This document shows positions 9,703 through 19,240 of a stretch of 39,547 nucleotides of DNA, piece by piece; position 1 is the stretch's first letter; the number at the start of each line of letters is the position of its first letter. A program made the translations under genes and the position numbers. The notes beneath the pieces were generated by a model that saw only the letters and a program-made list of their open reading frames with translations, was not told where the DNA came from and made no database searches. Source of the stretch: Fidelibacterota bacterium (lineage in GTDB: Bacteria > Fidelibacterota > Marinisomatia > Marinisomatales > TCS55). Where the stretch lies: contig JBHHTW010000018.1 in the NCBI GenBank assembly GCA_046861385.1, positions 1 to 39,547 of the forward strand, read 5' to 3'.

Positions 9703-9745
9703 GAGGTTAAGGTAAAGGATAAGGATAAGGAATTAGGATTAGGAG
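9703..9745 (+). repeat. Degenerate hexamer tandem repeat (about 7 units, consensus WAGGAT)
   Basis: gaggtt aaggta aaggat aaggat aaggaat taggat taggag. Confidence 0.7.
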
Positions 9746-9928
9746 GTGATATATAAAATCTCACAAGGTCGGCATACCTACGCTTCGCCTTCGATAGGTA
9801 AAAAACCTTGCTCAATCAATTGTCCTCTACCACACACCAGTTACAACTCCACCAATAACCATCTAATCATGAATCATTGGTTCCATTCATGATTCGGAGT
9901 AATTTCCGCACCCAAATTTTGAAAGCAA

Positions 9929-12900
9929 ATGATAAAAAAAGTTAATCCAAAAGTCGATTTTGTAAAAATAGAGCATGAGATACTCGAGTTCTGGGAAAAG
10001 AACGATATTTTTCAAAAGCGTGTTGCCGCAAATAAAGGAAAGCCAAAATGGTCCTTTATCGACGGTCCCATTACAGCAAATAACCCCATGGGTGTTCATC
10101 ATGCCTGGGGAAGAACACTTAAGGATATTTACAATCGATTCAAAGCAATGACCGGTCATGAACTCCGTTACCAGAATGGATTTGACTGCCAGGGCCTCTG
10201 GGTTGAAATAGAAGTCGAGAAGGAATTAGGTTTTCACTCCAAGCGTGACGTCGAAGAGTATGGCATAGAAAAATTTGTGAAACTTTGTAAAGAACGGGTA
10301 AAAAAATATTCAGATGTACAAACGAATCAGTCGATACGACTGGGCTACTGGATGGATTGGGAAAATTCCTATTATACCATGTCCGAAGAAAATAATTATA
10401 CGATTTGGACCTTTTTAAAAAAACTGTTTAATGAAGGTAAAATTTATAAGGGAAATGATGTAGTGCCTTGGAGCGGTCGTTCAGGAACGTCTTACTCTCA
10501 AATGGAAATAGTAGAAGGGCGGAAACTGGTTGCCCATAAAGCCGTCTTTGTCAGGTTCCCAATCAAAGGCAGGAGCAATGAATATCTCCTCGTCTGGACA
10601 ACCACTCCCTGGACCTTATCATCCAATGTGGTCGTGGGAGTTAATGTAAACCTTGAATATGTCAAACTCAAAGCAGCTGACGGCTCCATTTATTATTTTG
10701 CCAACGATAATCTTGAATTTCAAAGATTAGAAAAACAATTTAAGGAAAAGAAACAATGGGTGGATGGCGTTCCTAAATTAAAAACGATTGCTCAAGTTTT
10801 TAAAGAACATGGCGGATACGAGATATTGGGGTTAGTAAAAGGATCAGGATTGGTTGGTTTGGAGTATATAGGGCCCTATGATGATCTGGAAGCCCAAAAT
10901 GAACCGGGAGGGTTTCCATTTATCAATGATGACTTAAAAGAAAAAAACGCCACGGCAGTCATGCAGCATTCTGTGATCGACCCCGGTAAAGACGGTATTG
11001 GGAATGATATTGTTGTTGCCGGAGAAGGAACGGGTATTGTTCACATGGCTCCCGGCTGTGGTGATATTGACCATAAAATTGGGAAAAAACTGGGGTTAGT
11101 TAATCTGGCTCCACTGGACGGAGAATCGAAGTTTATTGAAAAATTTGGCTGGCTGGAAGGTAAAACAGCCACAGACCCTCAAACGACTCAAGCCATTATT
11201 CACGACTTGAAAGAGAGAGGCTTTCTATTACATGTGGAAGACTATCCTCACGTTTATCCCCATTGCTGGCGATCTGGAGATGAACTTGTTTTTCGACTAG
11301 TAGATGAATGGTATATTAATATGGACTGGCGGGATAAGATTAAAAATATCGTTAATGATATCGAATGGATTCCGGAATGGGGACAAGATCGTGAGCATGA
11401 ATGGCTCGATAATATGGGTGACTGGATGATATCCAAAAAGCGTTTTTGGGGATTAGCATTACCCATATGGACGTTTGATGATGGATCATTTTATGTGGTT
11501 GGATCCCGTAAAGAATTAGAGAAACTGGCCGTTGAGGGTTGGAGTGAATTTGATGGTCAGACTCCCCATCGCCCGTGGATTGACAAGGTAAAGATTAAGC
11601 ATCCTGATTCCGGTTTAATCGGAGAGCGCATAAAAGATGTAGGTAATCCCTGGCTGGATGCGGGTATCGTTCCGTATTCAACGATGGGTTACACGACGGA
11701 TAAAGAATACTGGAAAAAATGGTTCCCAGGAGATTTTGTTACCGAATGTTTTCCAGGTCAGTTTAGAAACTGGTTTTATTCTCTTCTTGCCATGTCGGCT
11801 TGGCTCGAGGAGAAGGCTCCCTTTAAAACGTTATTGGGTCATTCGCTCGTAAAAGATAGTTCCGGCCGGGATATGCATAAATCATGGGGGAATGCAATTT
11901 GGTTTGACGACGCCGCAGAAAAAATGGGTGTGGACGTCATGCGCTGGATGTATGCATCTCAGAATATCGAACATAATTTATTGTTTGGATATAAGCATGC
12001 GACCGAAGTTCGTAAAAAATTAATTCAGGTGTGGAATTCCTACTCATTTTATGCAACCTATGCAGCGGTCGATGGATTTTCACCGGAGAAAATTGTGATC
12101 AAAAATGATGATCTAACTATTTTAGATCAATGGATCATATCCAAAATGCACGTTATGGTCAGTGAGGCGCAGACAGCGTATGAAACATTCCGGGTGGATA
12201 AGTTTTTTAAAAGTTTTGAGAAATTCATGGATGATCTATCCAATTGGTACATCAGACGAAGCAGACGCAGATTTTGGAAAACAGAAGATGATACTGATAA
12301 ACTCACTGCGTATCATACACTCTACGAAGTACTCTTTACAACCATTCGCGTATTGGCTCCATCCCTGCCGTTTGTTACAGAAAATATTTATCAAAATTTG
12401 GTAAAAAATTCAGTAGAGAATGCACCGGAAAGCATTCATTTATGCGACTTTCCGATCGTTAATAAAGAAAAAATTGATGAAACGTTAATGAATCAGGTTG
12501 ATTCCATGCGGAAAATTGTAGAACTTGCCCGTTCCGCCAGGAACAAAGCCAACCTCAAGATTCGTCAACCCCTGGCAAAACTACTCTATTATGTTGAAGA
12601 TAAATCCATCAACGCATTTATTGAAAATAATAAAAATGTAATACTTGATGAATTGAATGTAAAGCAAATGGAAATGGCAGCTTCCGTTAATGATCTAATC
12701 AAATATACCGTTAAACCGAATCTTCCATTTCTGGGGCAGCATTATAGACACCAATTAAATGATATTCGAAATTCCATCATGGACATGGAAGTCAATGAAT
12801 TGGTGCGCTCGCTACAAATTGAAAAGTCAGCTGAATTAACAATCGGGGATGAAATATTGGTTTTAGACAAAGAAGCATTCATTATTGAGATCGAATCTGC

Positions 12901-13234
12901 TGATGGGTATACGTCTGGAATGGATGGTGGTGTGACTGTTGGATTGACCATAGAATTGAATGAAGAATTGCGACAGGAAGGAATAGTACGAGACCTCATT
13001 CGCCACGTGCAAATTATGCGAAAAAATGCTAATTTCGCTGTAGAAGATCGCATTATTATTAATGGATTACTGAGTAGTCCATTTGGTGATGCAGTTGAAG
13101 AATTTAAACGGTTTTTTTGTAATGAAACATTGGCAGTAGAGCTGACCGATTCGAAGAATAAAGGTGAATACAGCTCCACTGTAGAGGTTCAAGGACAAGA
13201 ATTAACAATAAGTATTGAGCGGAAGAATACTTAG
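9929..13234 (+). CDS. ileS: Isoleucine--tRNA ligase, type 2
   Basis: DGPITAN..GVHH (HIGH position), GFDCQGL, WTTTPWTL editing motif, GTGIVHMAP, DWMISKKRFWG, DMHKS (KMSKS position), SNWYIRRSRRRFW, long type-2 C-terminus. Confidence 0.97.
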   Translation: MIKKVNPKVDFVKIEHEILEFWEKNDIFQKRVAANKGKPKWSFIDGPITANNPMGVHHAWGRTLKDIYNRFKAMTGHELRYQNGFDCQGLWVEIEVEKELGFHSKRDVEEYGIEKFVKLCKERVKKYSDVQTNQSIRLGYWMDWENSYYTMSEENNYTIWTFLKKLFNEGKIYKGNDVVPWSGRSGTSYSQMEIVEGRKLVAHKAVFVRFPIKGRSNEYLLVWTTTPWTLSSNVVVGVNVNLEYVKLKAADGSIYYFANDNLEFQRLEKQFKEKKQWVDGVPKLKTIAQVFKEHGGYEILGLVKGSGLVGLEYIGPYDDLEAQNEPGGFPFINDDLKEKNATAVMQHSVIDPGKDGIGNDIVVAGEGTGIVHMAPGCGDIDHKIGKKLGLVNLAPLDGESKFIEKFGWLEGKTATDPQTTQAIIHDLKERGFLLHVEDYPHVYPHCWRSGDELVFRLVDEWYINMDWRDKIKNIVNDIEWIPEWGQDREHEWLDNMGDWMISKKRFWGLALPIWTFDDGSFYVVGSRKELEKLAVEGWSEFDGQTPHRPWIDKVKIKHPDSGLIGERIKDVGNPWLDAGIVPYSTMGYTTDKEYWKKWFPGDFVTECFPGQFRNWFYSLLAMSAWLEEKAPFKTLLGHSLVKDSSGRDMHKSWGNAIWFDDAAEKMGVDVMRWMYASQNIEHNLLFGYKHATEVRKKLIQVWNSYSFYATYAAVDGFSPEKIVIKNDDLTILDQWIISKMHVMVSEAQTAYETFRVDKFFKSFEKFMDDLSNWYIRRSRRRFWKTEDDTDKLTAYHTLYEVLFTTIRVLAPSLPFVTENIYQNLVKNSVENAPESIHLCDFPIVNKEKIDETLMNQVDSMRKIVELARSARNKANLKIRQPLAKLLYYVEDKSINAFIENNKNVILDELNVKQMEMAASVNDLIKYTVKPNLPFLGQHYRHQLNDIRNSIMDMEVNELVRSLQIEKSAELTIGDEILVLDKEAFIIEIESADGYTSGMDGGVTVGLTIELNEELRQEGIVRDLIRHVQIMRKNANFAVEDRIIINGLLSSPFGDAVEEFKRFFCNETLAVELTDSKNKGEYSSTVEVQGQELTISIERKNT

Positions 13235-13246
13235 AAAGGAAATATT

Positions 13247-13639
13247 GTGGCTAAAAAATATACAAAAGTCAAATTAAACAAATTTCGTAAATCCATTTTA
13301 ACGAAAATGGACGAAGTCACAAGAGATATGGATAAGCTCAAGGAAGGTCTAATGGACAAAGGAAACCCAAAAGCAGGTCTCTCTCAGGATTCCGTTTATA
13401 GTGTTCATATGGCAGATGCGGGATCAGATTCCTTTGAAAAAGAAAAAAATTATATGCTCATGAGCCGTGAGAGTGATTATTACAATAATCTGTCCCTGGC
13501 CTTGGAGCGTATTGATAAAGAAGAATTTGGCGTCTGTAACATCTGTGGCGAATTAATTGCGGAAGAGCGTATGCTGGAAGTTCCAAACGCTTCAAAATGT
13601 GTTGATTGTAAAACAAAAGACAAACTGAACCTAACTTAA
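13247..13639 (+). CDS. dksA: TraR/DksA family C4 zinc-finger transcription factor
   Basis: Coiled coil with HMADAGSD tip, CNIC...ERM...CVDC zinc finger; GTG start after a purine-rich RBS; conserved position between ileS and lspA. Confidence 0.88.
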   Translation: MAKKYTKVKLNKFRKSILTKMDEVTRDMDKLKEGLMDKGNPKAGLSQDSVYSVHMADAGSDSFEKEKNYMLMSRESDYYNNLSLALERIDKEEFGVCNICGELIAEERMLEVPNASKCVDCKTKDKLNLT

Positions 13640-13640
13640 T

Positions 13641-14114
13641 ATGAAAATACTACAGGTGAGCGCTATAGTCGTGATCCTGGATCAAATCAGTAAAATACTT
13701 ACAAGGTCAAGTCTTTCACTTTACGAATCAGTCCCGATAATACCAAAATTTTTTCATTTGACATATGTCACAAATGATGGGATGGCTTTTGGTATAAATT
13801 TTCCGGGAGGTATTTATATTTTTACCGGTCTATCGTTATTACTATCGATTCTACTTTTTTGGTATCTTTGGATTGAAAAAGATGGCCATATAATATTGAG
13901 ATTATCCCTTTCCATGATTTTAGGAGGTGCGATTGGAAACCTCATTGATAGAATTATATTTGGAAAAGTAGTGGATTTTTTAGATTTCATGATCGGAGAT
14001 TACCATTGGTATGTTTTTAATATTGCTGATTCTTCAGTGACGGTGGGAATGACTATTTTCTTATATTATTCATTTTTTATTCAACCGAAACTGGAGGCCA
14101 AGACCGCTTCTTGA
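13641..14114 (+). CDS. lspA: Signal peptidase II
   Basis: DQISK, NDGMAFG, GAIGNLIDR, VVDF, FNIAD motifs; hydrophobic segments. Confidence 0.96.
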   Translation: MKILQVSAIVVILDQISKILTRSSLSLYESVPIIPKFFHLTYVTNDGMAFGINFPGGIYIFTGLSLLLSILLFWYLWIEKDGHIILRLSLSMILGGAIGNLIDRIIFGKVVDFLDFMIGDYHWYVFNIADSSVTVGMTIFLYYSFFIQPKLEAKTAS

Positions 14115-15079
14115 AACTTAAGAACAGAGTGTATTTGGACGACAATCAGCAGCGCCTGGATCACTTTTTAGTATCCATTATTCCAGAATTATCACGATCA
14201 AAAATTCAGACAATGATCAGGAATCACCTAGTAAAAGTAAACGATTCAAATGTTAAAACAGGTTATCAACTTCAAAATGGTGATAATATTACTTTCGAAA
14301 AAATGGAACCCATCTCAGACGTAAATGACATTATTCCTGAACAGATTCCATTAGATATTGTGTATGAAGATGATTCGATTTTAGTAATCAATAAGCCTCC
14401 CGGATTAATCGTTCACCCCGGAACCGGTCAATCTTCGGGAACATTGGTACATGGGTTGAAATACTATTACAATGAATTATCTTCAGCAAATGGTCCCTTA
14501 AGACCCGGCATTGTACATAGATTAGACCAGGATACATCCGGAATTATGATCATAGCAAAGAACAATAATGCACATCACAACATTGCTGACCAATTCCAAA
14601 ACAGGTCAGTATCAAAAACGTATATTGGAGTCACTTGGGGAGAATGGAAAGAAAGCGAAGGAGTTATTAATTCACCCATCAAACGAAATAGAAATGATCC
14701 TACTTCTTACCAAGTTGATTTAACCGGCAAGAGCGCAGAGACACATTATAAAATACTTCAATTTTTTCGTTATATGAGCTTGGTGGAATTTTATCCAAAA
14801 ACAGGAAGGACTCATCAAATCAGGGTCCATTGCCAATCTGTACATCACCCAATTGTACATGATATGAAATATAAGGGTGGTTTTAACAGGACAAAAGGTT
14901 TTCTCCCGGAAGTACAAAAAGACCTTAAAAACATGATAAAACAATTAGGACGCCAAGCCCTCCACGCAAAAGAAATTTCTTTTCATCATCCCGAAACCAA
15001 TAATGTTGTTAAATTTGAAGCAGAAATGCCAGCGGATATGACCACGCTTTTGGATCATTTAAAACAGTATTATGGATAG
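14111..15079 (+). CDS. rluD: RluA-family pseudouridine synthase with S4 domain (RluD-like)
   Basis: RLD..L..SRS.IQ S4 domain, INKPPGLIVHP, GIVHRLDQDTSG, TGRTHQIRVH; TTG start overlapping the lspA stop. Confidence 0.9.
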   Translation: MKLKNRVYLDDNQQRLDHFLVSIIPELSRSKIQTMIRNHLVKVNDSNVKTGYQLQNGDNITFEKMEPISDVNDIIPEQIPLDIVYEDDSILVINKPPGLIVHPGTGQSSGTLVHGLKYYYNELSSANGPLRPGIVHRLDQDTSGIMIIAKNNNAHHNIADQFQNRSVSKTYIGVTWGEWKESEGVINSPIKRNRNDPTSYQVDLTGKSAETHYKILQFFRYMSLVEFYPKTGRTHQIRVHCQSVHHPIVHDMKYKGGFNRTKGFLPEVQKDLKNMIKQLGRQALHAKEISFHHPETNNVVKFEAEMPADMTTLLDHLKQYYG

Positions 15080-15980
15080 CTCTTATATTTATATAACTGA
15101 TTTCATAAATTTTACCGAAAAAGAAAAAGGTTATTCTGCTCATACAGCAAAATCATACCGGCATGATCTCAATCGTTTCCATTCATTTATGACATCGTAC
15201 CTCGGTAAATCCGCTTGGTTGGTTGAGGATGTTGACAAACAAACCATTCGACATTTTTTAGGGAAGGAGTTTGAAGCCGGTTTTGCCAGCAAAACAGTTG
15301 CGCGGCGATTGGCAACAATTAAGTCTTTTTTCAAATACCTCTTATCCAATAATATTATTAATGTGAATCCGGCAGCAGAAGTCAGAACTCCGAAGACACC
15401 GAAATCATTACCTGCATTTATCAGTGAAAAAATGATAGGTGAACTGATGAATATACCTGACCTCAGTACGATCGCTGGTTACCGGGATAAAGCAATACTA
15501 GAATTATTTTATAGCACGGGAATGCGTTTGAGTGAGCTGGTGGGGCTAAACTTCGGTGATTTTCAGTTTGATGATAAATTGGTGCGAGTTTTTGGTAAAG
15601 GAAAGAAAGAGAGGTTGATTCCTTTTGGTAATTATGCCAAAATTTCATTGGAGAATTATTGGCAAAAGCGAGGAATGAGTATCCGAACCGCAGAAAGAAC
15701 CGAGCCCTGTTTTGTTAATGCAAAAAATAAACGAATATCCATTAGAACTGTCCAACGGAGGGTAAAAAAATATATCCAGCAAATTGCAGAAGGATCGTCG
15801 CTGGGTCCGCATACTTTACGGCACTCATTTGCAACACACATGCTTGAGCGGGGAGCAGACATTAGGGCGTTAAAAGATTTATTGGGACACAGCAGTTTAT
15901 CTTCTACCCAAATCTATACGCATATTCAACCGGAGAAAATGAAAGAGATTTATAAACAAGCTCATCCTCATAGTGAATAA
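15072..15980 (+). CDS. xerC: Tyrosine recombinase XerC/XerD family (probably chromosomal XerC)
   Basis: TGMRLSEL, GKGKKER, HTLRHSFATH, LLGH, TQIYTH; 302 aa; embedded among housekeeping genes upstream of hpf. Confidence 0.85.
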   Translation: MDSSYIYITDFINFTEKEKGYSAHTAKSYRHDLNRFHSFMTSYLGKSAWLVEDVDKQTIRHFLGKEFEAGFASKTVARRLATIKSFFKYLLSNNIINVNPAAEVRTPKTPKSLPAFISEKMIGELMNIPDLSTIAGYRDKAILELFYSTGMRLSELVGLNFGDFQFDDKLVRVFGKGKKERLIPFGNYAKISLENYWQKRGMSIRTAERTEPCFVNAKNKRISIRTVQRRVKKYIQQIAEGSSLGPHTLRHSFATHMLERGADIRALKDLLGHSSLSSTQIYTHIQPEKMKEIYKQAHPHSE

Positions 15981-15992
15981 TAAGGAGAAGAA

Positions 15993-17606
15993 ATGGAAAT
16001 AACTGGGAGAGAATTGGGTTTACACAAAATCGGTTTAACTGAGGTTGATGGGATTATCAGGAATCTACCGATGGAAAATATCGTTGAAGATATCATTTTG
16101 CAGAAAGAGGGCAAAATGGGTATGAATGGCGCAGTCATGGTTGATACAGGGCGGTATACAGGACGGTCTCCAAAAGATAAGTATTTCGTAGATGAAGAAT
16201 CATCAAATAAGAATCTCTGGTGGGGGCCAGTAAATCCGAAATTGGATGAATATATTTTTGATGAGCTATACTCAAAAGTAGTGGATTACTATAACCATGG
16301 AGATGATTCAAACACCTATATATTCGATGGATTTGCTGGTGCAGATCCCAAATATAGAATGAACGTGAGGATGATTGCAAAAAAAGCATGGCAAACACAT
16401 TTTGCCCATAATATGTTTATTCGTCCTGAAGCAGGCGAATTAGATGGCTTTGAACCGGATTTTACCATTATTAATGCTTCTGATGTCCAAAACCAGAAAT
16501 ATAAAGAATATGGCATGAATTCAAAGACATTCATCATATTTCATTTGGGGAAAAGGATTGCGATTATTGGGGGAACAGAATATGGCGGTGAAATGAAAAA
16601 GGGTATTTTTTCAGTGATGAATTATTATTTACCATTGAAGGGTGTTTTGTCAATGCACTGTTCAGCGAATGTGGATCAAGACAATGAGAATCCGGCAATC
16701 TTTTTTGGTTTGAGTGGAACGGGTAAAACCACTTTGAGTACAGACCCCGATCGACCGTTGATTGGGGATGATGAACACGGCTGGTCCGATGACGGAATTT
16801 TTAATTTTGAAGGCGGATGTTATGCAAAAGTCATTGACCTGAATCCTGAATATGAACCGGATATCTATCATGCCATTCGCCATGGAGCACTGTTGGAAAA
16901 TGTCGTATTTGATGAATCAACAAGAGCTGTGGATTTTTCAGACAGATCCAAAACTGAAAATACACGCGTTTCTTATCCCTTGAATTATATTAAGAATTCT
17001 GTATTTGGGCAGGGAAAACCGTCCATATCCGGACATCCAAAATTTCTAATCTTTTTGACCTGTGACGCCTACGGGGTTCTTCCGCCAGTTTCAAAATTAT
17101 CACCTGAACAAGCTATGTATCATTTTATCAGTGGTTACACGGCTAAAGTAGCCGGCACCGAACGGGGTATTACCGAACCGGTGGCAACATTTTCCCCGTG
17201 TTTTGGAGGGCCATTTTTAACACTGCATCCTCTTAAATATGCTGAACTACTCAGGGAAAAAATGAAAAAATACAATGTACCGTGCTATTTAGTTAATACA
17301 GGATGGGTCGGTGCAAATGCCAGTTCAGGAGCCAAACGAATCAGCCTTCCAATTACCAGGAAAATAATACACAAAATTCTTGACGGCAGCATTGAATCTG
17401 CTGATTGTGTAAAGGATTATTATTTTGGTGTACAAATACCCAAACATCTGGAAGGTATAGAGGAAGACTCTTTATTACCCACACTTGCTTGGAAAAATAT
17501 CGACGAGTATCACCAGTCTGCAAAAACGTTGGTGGAAAAGTTCCAACAGAACTTTGCACAGTATCATATCGACGATCCAGCCATTAAAAATGCTGGACCC
17601 AATTAA
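15993..17606 (+). CDS. pckA: Phosphoenolpyruvate carboxykinase (ATP)
   Basis: [50 protein letters not shown]. Confidence 0.97.
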   Translation: MEITGRELGLHKIGLTEVDGIIRNLPMENIVEDIILQKEGKMGMNGAVMVDTGRYTGRSPKDKYFVDEESSNKNLWWGPVNPKLDEYIFDELYSKVVDYYNHGDDSNTYIFDGFAGADPKYRMNVRMIAKKAWQTHFAHNMFIRPEAGELDGFEPDFTIINASDVQNQKYKEYGMNSKTFIIFHLGKRIAIIGGTEYGGEMKKGIFSVMNYYLPLKGVLSMHCSANVDQDNENPAIFFGLSGTGKTTLSTDPDRPLIGDDEHGWSDDGIFNFEGGCYAKVIDLNPEYEPDIYHAIRHGALLENVVFDESTRAVDFSDRSKTENTRVSYPLNYIKNSVFGQGKPSISGHPKFLIFLTCDAYGVLPPVSKLSPEQAMYHFISGYTAKVAGTERGITEPVATFSPCFGGPFLTLHPLKYAELLREKMKKYNVPCYLVNTGWVGANASSGAKRISLPITRKIIHKILDGSIESADCVKDYYFGVQIPKHLEGIEEDSLLPTLAWKNIDEYHQSAKTLVEKFQQNFAQYHIDDPAIKNAGPN

Positions 17607-17633
17607 TCATCGGAACAACAGAAAGGAGATCAA

Positions 17634-17921
17634 ATGGTAATTGAATTTACAGCACGCCATTTTCATGCCCCGGATAATCTAAGAAAATATGCGGAAACGG
17701 AAGTACAACGAATTTATAAAGTATTTAATCGTGCCACGCAATGTCAAATTATCCTACTGCATGAAAATAACGAATACACGACTGAATTGAATCTTTCAAT
17801 ACCGTCACGGAAACTCCATGTGAAAGAATCCACAACCAATGTGACGAAATCTATTGACCGAGCTGTAGATAAAATGGTATTACGTGTAAAAAAAGTAAAG
17901 GAAAAATTGAATATACATTAA
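17634..17921 (+). CDS. hpf: Ribosome hibernation promoting factor / RaiA (short form)
   Basis: IEFTARHF..PDNLRKYA and SIDRAVDKM..RVKKVKEKL patterns; 95 aa; strong RBS AAGGAG. Confidence 0.85.
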   Translation: MVIEFTARHFHAPDNLRKYAETEVQRIYKVFNRATQCQIILLHENNEYTTELNLSIPSRKLHVKESTTNVTKSIDRAVDKMVLRVKKVKEKLNIH

Positions 17922-18043
17922 TACTTATTTTTTAAAGAGTTTCGCAACACCATCTTTTTGGTCTTAAGGAACCAAGAGACGTTTGGAGGACGTTTACCAG
18001 TAAAGGTAAATTTACTTTTTAAAACAAAAGGTGATATCCCATA

Positions 18044-19222
18044 ATGAGCAAATATATTTTTACATCTGAATCTGTTACGGAAGGTCATCCGGATAAAGTC
18101 TGCGATGCAATCTCTGACGCAATCTTGGACGACTTATTAACAAAAGATCCGGATTCTCGTGTTGCGTGCGAGACGCTTGCCACTACGGGATTGATTGTTG
18201 TGTCCGGGGAGGTAACGACGAAAGGTTTTGTCGAAGTTGAACGTGTTGTAAAAGACGTGCTAACGGATATCGGGTATGTCAATGAATCATACGGCATGGA
18301 TAATGAAGAGGTGAAAGTTATTACCAGCATGCATGCCCAAAGCCCTGAAATTTCCCAGGGAGTTGACGAAGGAAAAGGATTGTTCGAAGAACAAGGAGCC
18401 GGAGATCAAGGGCTTATGTTCGGCTACGCATGCAGAGAAACGCCTGAATTGATGCCGCTACCCATCCATTTATCTCATCGTTTAACCGAACGGTTGGCCA
18501 AGCTGCGTAAAGATGGGACCATGCCATGGCTCCGACCGGATGGCAAGTCCCAAGTAAGCATTGAGTACAATCACGCCGGTCCGGTGGGTGTTTCTAAAGT
18601 GGTTATTGCCACCCAGCATAAAGATATGTTATCACAATACGGATCAGAAACTGACGAACATGAATTTGTGGAGTCAGAAGTGATTCATCATATTATTAAA
18701 CCTATTTTGAAAGAATATGGTTTGAATTTTAATAATGATTTTATCGTAAATGGAACCGGGAGATTTGTATATGGAGGACCAGCTGCGGATACGGGTTTAA
18801 CAGGACGTAAGATTATTGTCGATACTTATGGAGGATATGCGCCTCATGGAGGAGGGGCATTTTCCGGAAAAGATCCTTCAAAAGTAGACCGTTCAGCCGC
18901 TTATATGGCAAGATATATTGCAAAAAACGTTGTCGCAGCAGGCCTTGCTGAAAAATGTGAGACTCAATTTTCCTACAGTATTGGTGTGGCTGAACCGACT
19001 TCATTTTATATCAAAACATTCGGTACTGGAAAAATGGACGATGATATTTTAACCAAAAGAGTCAGAGAAATTTTCCCTTTGAAACCGGGAGAGATCATTA
19101 AACATTTGGACTTAAAAAAACCAAGATATAGACAAACTGCCGCCTACGGTCATTTTGGCCGAGAGAGTGATAATTTCACTTGGGAAAAAATAGATATGGT
19201 AAACGAACTTAACAACATTTAA
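18044..19222 (+). CDS. metK: S-adenosylmethionine synthetase
   Basis: FTSESVTEGHPDK, GAGDQG, RPDGKSQV, GGGAFSGKDPSKVDRS, YGHFGR. Confidence 0.98.
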   Translation: MSKYIFTSESVTEGHPDKVCDAISDAILDDLLTKDPDSRVACETLATTGLIVVSGEVTTKGFVEVERVVKDVLTDIGYVNESYGMDNEEVKVITSMHAQSPEISQGVDEGKGLFEEQGAGDQGLMFGYACRETPELMPLPIHLSHRLTERLAKLRKDGTMPWLRPDGKSQVSIEYNHAGPVGVSKVVIATQHKDMLSQYGSETDEHEFVESEVIHHIIKPILKEYGLNFNNDFIVNGTGRFVYGGPAADTGLTGRKIIVDTYGGYAPHGGGAFSGKDPSKVDRSAAYMARYIAKNVVAAGLAEKCETQFSYSIGVAEPTSFYIKTFGTGKMDDDILTKRVREIFPLKPGEIIKHLDLKKPRYRQTAAYGHFGRESDNFTWEKIDMVNELNNI

Positions 19223-19240
19223 TTATTGATTGGAGAATCT

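Noticed and set aside
9682..9928. T-box riboswitch upstream of ileS
   Set aside because: No T-box consensus (GGTGGNACCGCG) and no terminator/antiterminator pair visible.
15072..15980. Integrase of a prophage or genomic island
   Set aside because: Size and motifs fit chromosomal XerC, it overlaps or abuts housekeeping genes, and no att repeats or mobile cargo flank it.
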